From an uncultured Lachnospiraceae bacterium (GTDB lineage Bacteria; Bacillota; Clostridia; Lachnospirales; Lachnospiraceae), in NCBI GenBank assembly GCA_946618155.1, contig CAMOKZ010000001.1, positions 1 through 47,169 of the forward strand: a stretch of 47,169 nucleotides of DNA. The letters are read 5' to 3'. Each line of letters starts with the position of its first letter. Within the stretch, counting starts at the first letter, position 1. A program made the translations under genes and the position numbers. Under the pieces are notes generated by a model. The model saw only the letters and a list, made by a program, of their open reading frames with translations. It was not told where the DNA came from and searched no databases. Positions 36,506 to 42,956 of the stretch are shown here, one piece after another.

Positions 36506-36534
36506 AGTATACCACAAACCTCCCCTGCTGTCAT
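36506..36534 (-). promoter_or_regulatory. sigma-A promoter driving the 145-aa ORF and the downstream structured segment
   Basis: Minus strand: ATGACA (36534..36529, overlapping the upstream stop codon), a 17-nt spacer, then TGgTATACT (extended -10; TATACT at 36511..36506). Confidence 0.6.
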
Positions 36535-37886
36535 CCCGCGCCGACCTTTGCCCGGACAAACCGGTAATTGTCCCCGCCGGCGTTTTTCTCATACCACATG
36601 ATGTAGGGATACCCGGCATCGTATTCCTTCGAAGCCTCATTGTACTGCTGCACCGTACCGTAGAGGATGAGGGTATTCTCCTCCACATCATAGGAATAGG
36701 GCATCTCATAGTAGTGCCCGGCAAAGCTGCCGGCATTGTCCAGGGTGGAGAGATAATAATTCTCCCCTGTCCGCTGCGGGACAAGCTGCGTGTCCGCGGC
36801 CAGCGCGTTCAGCGCCGCCTCGTCTGCGCTTCCCGCGATCTCCGCCAGGATATCCTGCAGGTCGCTTCGCGTGACCAGGTTATAGTCCGTCCCGCCGGAG
36901 GAGGTGCTGACGATCCTGCTATCCTGGTCATGCCAGAGATAGGCATACAGGAAAAGCAGGTAGGCGCGGTCCTTCGCGGAGAGATCCTCCGCGGAAAAGT
37001 CCATCTCCTGCGCCGGCGCGTAATTCGTCCTGTACTTGCAGAGCATGGCGCCCATGGAGGCCAGTCGCGCGATATCCTCCTGCGACGGGGTAAAATAAGC
37101 CGTGTGGGTAATGTCAGGATCGATCCCGTGGCCAAAGCCGGTCTCCCCGCTTGCCGCATAGCCGTCCGCAGCGGCGCTGCTGCCCGTCTCCGTCTCCTCC
37201 CCCGGCTCTCTGCCGTCATCCAGGAGGCCGCCTGCGCTGAAGGTCACGCCGCCGGAATACCCGGTCTCGTCCGGCGCCAGCCCGTCATCGGCAATGCCGC
37301 CGATCCCGGCGCTCGTCCCGTCGTCAAACAGATAGAGCTCGCTGATGCAGGTATCGTCATATTTCGATCCCTTGCGTACGCCGTCTATCCGCACGCTAAC
37401 CACGCCGTCGCTGATGAGGGGTGCGGGAAACCAGACGGAATACCCGTTCTGCGCATCCGTAAAGCTGTTAGCCGTCAGGGAAAGATCCACCGTGAACGAC
37501 TGCCCGCCCGTGGAGAAGACAAGAGAGCTTGGCGCGTTGTTCTCGTAAAACAGCTTCTCGGATTTCAGGAAGCCGTTCCAGATCCTGGCGCCGGTGACGA
37601 CCGTCCCGGCCGGAATAAACAGCTGGACGGACTCGCCCGTCCCGACGCCCGGGGCGCCCTCGGTCCAGCAGGAGGACATGCTGTAATCCTGCAGGTTGGA
37701 CGGGCTGTGGTCATAGCCTTCTTCCCACAGCTGTGAGCTCGCCGTAAACTCCGTGGCGAAAAGATAATTTTCATAGGCCTGCGCCTGCATCGCCGAAGGC
37801 CCCGCCGCAAAAGCCGCCGCGGCAAAGGCCGCGGCAGCGGCAAGTGCCGCTTTTCTCTTCCCTGCACTATTCCTGTTCCTGCTCAT
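36531..37886 (-). CDS. secreted protein with an N-terminal discoidin/NADase-type glycan-binding-like domain
   Basis: 451 aa with a signal peptide (KRKAALAAAAAFAAAAFAAGPSAMQA). The domain pattern SSCWTEGAPGVGTGESVQL...IWNGFLKSEKLFYENNAPS...GSKYDDTCISELYLF matches the F5/8-type-C-like modules common in Firmicutes exoproteins. Confidence 0.6.
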   Translation of the reverse strand: MSRNRNSAGKRKAALAAAAAFAAAAFAAGPSAMQAQAYENYLFATEFTASSQLWEEGYDHSPSNLQDYSMSSCWTEGAPGVGTGESVQLFIPAGTVVTGARIWNGFLKSEKLFYENNAPSSLVFSTGGQSFTVDLSLTANSFTDAQNGYSVWFPAPLISDGVVSVRIDGVRKGSKYDDTCISELYLFDDGTSAGIGGIADDGLAPDETGYSGGVTFSAGGLLDDGREPGEETETGSSAAADGYAASGETGFGHGIDPDITHTAYFTPSQEDIARLASMGAMLCKYRTNYAPAQEMDFSAEDLSAKDRAYLLFLYAYLWHDQDSRIVSTSSGGTDYNLVTRSDLQDILAEIAGSADEAALNALAADTQLVPQRTGENYYLSTLDNAGSFAGHYYEMPYSYDVEENTLILYGTVQQYNEASKEYDAGYPYIMWYEKNAGGDNYRFVRAKVGAG

Positions 37887-38000
37887 CTTCCGGCTCCCCC
37901 TTTCTCTTTTTTCATTTTGTGCCGTGCCGGCCCGCGCCGGCTCCTGTCCCTTTCATTTTACTATGCCGGCACTGTCTTTTCCACCAGATCCTGCGGTTTG

Positions 38001-38030
38001 TTGACAAAAGCAGCGCTGTCATACTACAAT
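38001..38030 (+). promoter_or_regulatory. candidate sigma-A promoter for the DUF3048 gene
   Basis: TTGACA (38001..38006), an 18-nt spacer, then TACAAT (38025..38030). It lies about 100 nt upstream of the start codon. Confidence 0.5.
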
Positions 38031-38130
38031 AAAAGTCCGGGGAAGTGCCATGCTTATCAGGTGCTGCCCCGCCAAATACCCGACAGCACCGCCGCCCAAG
38101 GGCGGACGGTACCCGGAAAGGAGAACGTGT

Positions 38131-39267
38131 ATGAAGAAGATTCTACTTGCGGCAGCGGCTGCTGCCCTCATGTCTGTTTCCCTGCTGGGCGTTTCCGCTT
38201 CTGCTGAGGAAATGTGCGCCAGCTACCTGACCGGCAAACAGGTTCCCGTGTCCATCGGCCGTCAGCGTCCCTTCGGCCTGATGATCGAGAACGACGCCGA
38301 CGCGGTACAGTGGCAGCACGGCACCAGCTACGCCGACATCATGTACGAAGCCATGGTCGAGGGCGGCATCACGAGACTGGAAGGCATCTTTGAGGATTAC
38401 GAAGGCGCCGACATGATCATGCCCATCCGTTCCTGCAGACCCTACTACATCTATTTTGCCCGCGAGTTCAACGCCTATTACGGCCACTTCGGGCAGGTCA
38501 TCTACGCAGTGCCGATCCTGCAGCTGTCCGACGACATGGCAGGTCTTCCCTTCGGTGAGGACGGTCAGAACTATACGCTCCACGACGGCAGCGCAGCCTA
38601 CATCCGCCACCATGATGGCGTGACCGGCATCTACACCAACCATCAGCTGCTTTCGGACGCCATCGACAATGCAGGCTGGAGCCGCGACTATGCTTCCGGT
38701 TATACCGGGCATTACAACTTCGCGCAGGACGGCGAGACCGTTGACCTCGCGAACGGCCAGACCGCAAACGTCGTCATCCCGGGCTTTGTCAACAACCACG
38801 CGCGCTTCGACTACAACCAGGACGACGGTCTCTACTACCGCTCCGAGTTCGGTTCTCCGCAGATCGACCAGCTCAACGGACAGCAGCTGGCCTACCGGAA
38901 CATCATCATCCAGGAATGCCCCTCCACGATGTTCGACGATCACTATCTGTGGACCGATCCGGCCATCAGCGGCGGCGTAGGCACCGGCTGGTTCATCACC
39001 AACGGCAAAGCCGAGCGCATCACCTGGCAGAAGGAATTCTGGAGTGCGGATGATCCCATCCTCACCACCATCAGCTCCGCCTATGTTTCCTTCGACGTCC
39101 GCCTCTGCGACTTCAACGTCACGCGCTACTACGACGAGAGCGGCAACGAGATCGTCCTGAACCAGGGCAAGACCTTCGTCGAGGTCGTCCGCGAGCAGGA
39201 CGCCGGCATGGTCGTCATCTCCGATGACTACGGCATCGACACCTACGTGATCGACAGCATGGGCTGA
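38131..39267 (+). CDS. DUF3048 (YerB-like) exported protein
   Basis: I prefer the ATG at 38131 (MKKILLAAAAAALMSVSLLGVSASA, a signal peptide), with GGAAAGGAGA upstream. RPFGLMIENDADAVQWQHGTSYADIMYEAMVEGGITRLEGIF is typical of DUF3048. Confidence 0.75.
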   Translation: MKKILLAAAAAALMSVSLLGVSASAEEMCASYLTGKQVPVSIGRQRPFGLMIENDADAVQWQHGTSYADIMYEAMVEGGITRLEGIFEDYEGADMIMPIRSCRPYYIYFAREFNAYYGHFGQVIYAVPILQLSDDMAGLPFGEDGQNYTLHDGSAAYIRHHDGVTGIYTNHQLLSDAIDNAGWSRDYASGYTGHYNFAQDGETVDLANGQTANVVIPGFVNNHARFDYNQDDGLYYRSEFGSPQIDQLNGQQLAYRNIIIQECPSTMFDDHYLWTDPAISGGVGTGWFITNGKAERITWQKEFWSADDPILTTISSAYVSFDVRLCDFNVTRYYDESGNEIVLNQGKTFVEVVREQDAGMVVISDDYGIDTYVIDSMG

Positions 39268-39308
39268 TAATCGGCGGAACGGAACAATCGAATTTCTGCA
39301 TAACGCAA

Positions 39309-39346
39309 GAGGCTGCCACAGCAAAATGTGGCAGCCTCGTTTTTTG
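39309..39346 (+). terminator. Rho-independent terminator
   Basis: GAGGCTGCCACA (39309..39320), loop GCAAAA, TGTGGCAGCCTC (39327..39338), followed by GTTTTTTG. Confidence 0.85.
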
Positions 39347-39552
39347 CACATACGAAGTATACAGTATGACGGAAGCCTCCTCGCAAACCAGTTCGCCTGC
39401 CTTCACCTGTCTGCGATGCCATCTGCGACGCGCTCCCGCCTCCTATAAAAGCGTGGTCGGCTCCGCGCGCGCAGGCATCTTGACAGGCTCAGTCGGCTTC
39501 TATGGTTTGCTTCGGATGGCTTCCGCCATTTTTATTATCTACTTCTACTACT

Positions 39553-40497
39553 TTACTCCTGCCCGCCTTTAACGGACGCGAGGATATTCTCCGCAGCCCC
39601 TTCATCCAGCTGGGAACTGCACCGGATGTTCAGGGCGTAGAAACGGCCGTCCTCCAGCAGGATCAGCGAGGTGATGTCGCTCTCCGGGATCTCGCAGAGG
39701 AGCGCCTCCATCTCCCCGGCCCGGACCTTGGTGATCGTCCAGTCTGTCTTGATCCGGGAGTAGGCCTCCGCGTAGTCGTCCAGGGTCTGCAGATCCACGG
39801 GATCCGGCTCGGCGGGATCGATCACGCGGCTGCCGGCGGCGCTTACGCTGACGATGAGGCAGGGCGCTGCGGGCTCCGCCGTGTCATATTCCTTCATGCC
39901 CTCGATCATCGCCCTGTCCTGTTCGGACACGTAAAACAGTGAGCCGTACTGACGCAGGATGCAGTTCTCGTCGGCAGGGACCGCCTGGGTCCATTCCTCT
40001 GGCAGGCAGATCTGAAAGGCCGTGTCCACCGGTTCCCAGCTGCTCCCGTTATAAATGCTGTCCCAGGAGATGGTCGCCCACTGTCCGGCATAGGCGGTCT
40101 CATCGAAGGGCCCGAGCACCGGGAGCTCCTCGGCGGGCTCCGTCTCTGTTTCTGTCTCGGCCTCTGTTCCGATCTCTTCCTGGGCTTCCGGCTCCGCCGG
40201 CTCATCGATCCCGATCAGGATCAGTTCATCTTCCCCGTAGAGCAGTCTGCTGATCAGTTCCTCATCGATCTCGCCGTCCGCGGGCAGGCCGTTTGCCTCC
40301 TCATAGGCGCGGATGGCGGCCGCTGTCATCTCCCCCGCGATTCCGTCCGGCGTGCCGCAGTCAAACCCTGCGTCATTGAGGGCCTGCTGCACCTGCTCCA
40401 CCGTGGCCGCGTCATACTCGGCGTACGCCGCCGGCGCTGTCCCCAGACACCCGGCCATCACCGCCGCCGCGATCGCGATCGTTTTTCTCTTCATCAT
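39553..40497 (-). CDS. lipoprotein with a peptidoglycan-binding (PG_binding_1) domain, an acidic linker and an uncharacterised C-terminal domain
   Basis: 314 aa with a signal peptide and lipobox-like AVMAGC. VEQVQQALNDAGFDCGTPDGIAGEMTAAAIRAYEEANGLPADGEID is a PG_binding_1 motif. Its start overlaps the stop of the upstream 782-aa gene (ATGATGA). Confidence 0.7.
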   Translation of the reverse strand: MMKRKTIAIAAAVMAGCLGTAPAAYAEYDAATVEQVQQALNDAGFDCGTPDGIAGEMTAAAIRAYEEANGLPADGEIDEELISRLLYGEDELILIGIDEPAEPEAQEEIGTEAETETETEPAEELPVLGPFDETAYAGQWATISWDSIYNGSSWEPVDTAFQICLPEEWTQAVPADENCILRQYGSLFYVSEQDRAMIEGMKEYDTAEPAAPCLIVSVSAAGSRVIDPAEPDPVDLQTLDDYAEAYSRIKTDWTITKVRAGEMEALLCEIPESDITSLILLEDGRFYALNIRCSSQLDEGAAENILASVKGGQE

Positions 40498-42842
40498 ACT
40501 CTCCCTCCGTTCTTCGGTCTTACCAGCGTATCCCTGGCGTCCTTGAAGCCCTGGTCAAAGGCAATGCTGTCCCACTGCTTGTATTCGCTGTCCTTCAACT
40601 CCGCCAGGTCTATGCCGTATTTTGCGGCCAGTTTCCGGCCTGTCTCAAATACCAGCTTTTCCCGGTCATGGAAATACTGCAGGTCCTCCGGATCCATCTT
40701 CTTGTCCTTAAGTATCTTAGTGAGCAGGAAATCATAGACGGAGCAGACGTCCAGCATGTCATAGCGTGCGGTATCCTCCGCGGAAAGGCCATCCTGCGGG
40801 CACACGAAGGGATCGGGCCCGGCCTCGACAAGACAGGGATGGAGTTTCAGCGGGACATCCTTCATCGTGAGGGTGCCTGCCGCGTAACCCGCCTGCTGCG
40901 CGGCCGACGGGCAGGTAAAGCCCTGGGTGCGCAGATAGGCGTTCCACCGCCTGTGCTCCATCCAGGCCTGCACCAGATCCGTCTCATCGCCGGGCCGGAA
41001 GGCGGGCGCCTCGCCCTCATACCTTCTCGCGCGCGGCTCCCTGAGCCATACCCTGCTGATGCCCCCGAGGGCGAACAGCTTATAGGGCGCATGGACGGTG
41101 CGCGCGATATTGGCCCAGTATTTATACTCATCCTTGACGCGGGCTTCCTGCTTGCTCATGCTGTAGAGCTCGCTGGAACCGAAGGCCGCATCGGTAAGGT
41201 CGGCCATAAAGACGTTCCGGCAGCTGAACCTTTCCCTCAGCATGCCGGCAGGAAGGATGTACGCATTGCCGGCCTGCGGCTCTGCCTTCCTGACCGACTC
41301 CGCCAGCTGGTCGTCAAAGATGACCGGCACGATCACGGGGCAGCGTTCCTGCCCGGTGTGCAGCATCCGGCGCCTCAGGGCGCGGGACAGTTCCGAAGTG
41401 GTATAGATGTTCTTCTCATCCGAACCCAGGGCGACCACGTAGTAATCCGTCTTCTTCAGGAGCTCCTCCGGATAGTCCGTGATGCGCTCGGCGTCCACAT
41501 CATCGATAAAATCATCGCACACCGCGTAGGGCGGGGAAAACTCCGTGCGCCCGCTGCCGGGAAAGACCTTCAGGATATCCGATCCGCTCTCACAGCCGGC
41601 GAGCATCTCCGGACAGCTGTTCTCCAGCCTTTCCTTAAGCTCCGCGGCTGTCCTGGCCACGACATGGATAAAGAGCTGGATGCCGGCCATCTGGCCGCAC
41701 CAGTAGACCGTCTTGAAAACCTCCTCCGCGATGGAGCCGGCGCCGAGGATCGTCACATGGAGTTCGCGCACGGGCGTGACCGTATAGCGCGCGCCGTTCT
41801 GTCTCTGCGGCACCTTCACCGGCTCCTGCACCTCCCCGGTCAGCGGGAGGAACAGCGGCACGTCGACCATCAGGTTAAAGGCCATGTTCGCGTAGTCGCG
41901 GATGGGCCGAACCAGGACTTCCTTTACCGTCTCCGCCCGCGTGGTCGTGACATTGTTGATCATCGTCATGCCGTAGTCGCTCTGGCAGAACACGTAGATC
42001 CGGGTCCTGGGGATCCGCACGGTCTCCGTCTTTTTCTCCTTTTCCACGGACCGGTCTTCGGGATCCGGCCAGAGGATGCGGCAGCCCGGCTCGTTGAGCA
42101 GGCTGTTGGCCGACTCGATGTTCTGGTGTTCATCCTGGTCCATCAGGAAATAGTAGACCAGCTTTGACCGCTTAAGGGAAATATGCTTGAGATCCGTCTT
42201 CAGGCAGATCGCCCCGATCGCCGCCGCCCGGTCAAAAAGCTCCGTTCTCTGCTCCGACCCGGTATCGGGATAGGCGTCCGTAAAGATGATCAGCGGGCGA
42301 AGCCGCAGAAACTGCTTCGCGTCTCTGGTCAGCACCGCGTAATTCCTGTCCGCGGCAATGTCCTCCGCCAGCGTGACCGCGGATTCGTTCAGCTCGGAGA
42401 ACACGAATTTGCAGCGCCAGGGCCGCAGGGCAACGCGCATCCGCGGGAAAAAGCCCATGAGGATATCCAGCAATACAGCCCCGCCCAGGATAGGCGCGCA
42501 GATATTGAGCAGGGAGGAGACCACGCCGTACACGGCGGCCAGGACGGAGGCTTCTCCGCCGAATACCTTGATGCCCTTGATCAGATAATCGGTATAGTCT
42601 TCATCCAGGCTGAAGGACTGCAGCGTGTGCAGGAAGGCGTCGCAGAAATTCTCGATAAAACCGAAATCGGGATGCATCTCCCTGAAATTGACCACGAACC
42701 TGAGCAGGAAGATCAGGCCGAATACATAGAGCAGCAGAAACAGGAATGCGCTGCTGCGCCTGTGCTTGAAGATGAGATACGCGATATAGACGAGCACGCC
42801 GATCACGATCAGGCAAAGCAGGGATGTCTGCAGATAATACAT
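40494..42842 (-). CDS. 782-aa membrane protein: N-terminal TM bundle, Rossmann-like module(s), C-terminal RyR-like domain (tentative)
   Basis: It has 3-4 N-terminal hydrophobic helices and the dinucleotide-fold-like motif VTILGAGSIAEEV. The C-terminal segment AWMEHRRWNAYLRTQGF...LKLHPCLVE resembles the bacterial RyR domain pattern (HExW...GW...HPxLVP). No enzymatic motif is recognised. Confidence 0.6.
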   Translation of the reverse strand: MYYLQTSLLCLIVIGVLVYIAYLIFKHRRSSAFLFLLLYVFGLIFLLRFVVNFREMHPDFGFIENFCDAFLHTLQSFSLDEDYTDYLIKGIKVFGGEASVLAAVYGVVSSLLNICAPILGGAVLLDILMGFFPRMRVALRPWRCKFVFSELNESAVTLAEDIAADRNYAVLTRDAKQFLRLRPLIIFTDAYPDTGSEQRTELFDRAAAIGAICLKTDLKHISLKRSKLVYYFLMDQDEHQNIESANSLLNEPGCRILWPDPEDRSVEKEKKTETVRIPRTRIYVFCQSDYGMTMINNVTTTRAETVKEVLVRPIRDYANMAFNLMVDVPLFLPLTGEVQEPVKVPQRQNGARYTVTPVRELHVTILGAGSIAEEVFKTVYWCGQMAGIQLFIHVVARTAAELKERLENSCPEMLAGCESGSDILKVFPGSGRTEFSPPYAVCDDFIDDVDAERITDYPEELLKKTDYYVVALGSDEKNIYTTSELSRALRRRMLHTGQERCPVIVPVIFDDQLAESVRKAEPQAGNAYILPAGMLRERFSCRNVFMADLTDAAFGSSELYSMSKQEARVKDEYKYWANIARTVHAPYKLFALGGISRVWLREPRARRYEGEAPAFRPGDETDLVQAWMEHRRWNAYLRTQGFTCPSAAQQAGYAAGTLTMKDVPLKLHPCLVEAGPDPFVCPQDGLSAEDTARYDMLDVCSVYDFLLTKILKDKKMDPEDLQYFHDREKLVFETGRKLAAKYGIDLAELKDSEYKQWDSIAFDQGFKDARDTLVRPKNGGRV

Positions 42843-42912
42843 AGGTCATTCCCCTCCGAACATTCTTCCGGTTCATGCCCGGCCGGCGCCGGGCAATGCG
42901 TTTTCTCCTGCC

Positions 42913-42941
42913 ATTATACAAAATGTCGGCCTTTTCTTCAA
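42913..42941 (-). promoter_or_regulatory. near-consensus sigma-A promoter for the 782-aa membrane protein gene
   Basis: Minus strand: TTGAAG (42941..42936), a 17-nt spacer, then TGTATAAT (extended -10; TATAAT at 42918..42913). A GC hairpin TGCCCGGC/GCCGGGCA follows in the leader. Confidence 0.65.
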
Positions 42942-42956
42942 TCGCAAGGGCAGGTT

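Noticed and set aside
34530-37886. Diversity-generating retroelement hypothesis. The gene order (secreted protein, small ORF, non-coding segment, RT) superficially resembles target, avd, TR, RT.
   Set aside because: I compared the 35727..35996 segment by eye with the 3' ends of the 451-aa and 145-aa genes and found no TR/VR-like repeat. The segment is GC-rich rather than adenine-rich. The 145-aa ORF does not look like an Avd four-helix bundle. RT block 4 lacks the DGR-typical SQ. A remote VR outside the window cannot be excluded.
39347-39552. 200-nt gap between convergent genes containing the short ORFs 39366..39572 + and 39215..39406 -.
   Set aside because: The ORFs have no RBS and a non-coding-like composition, and they overlap the terminator region. 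I found no convincing hairpin beyond the terminator at 39309..39346.
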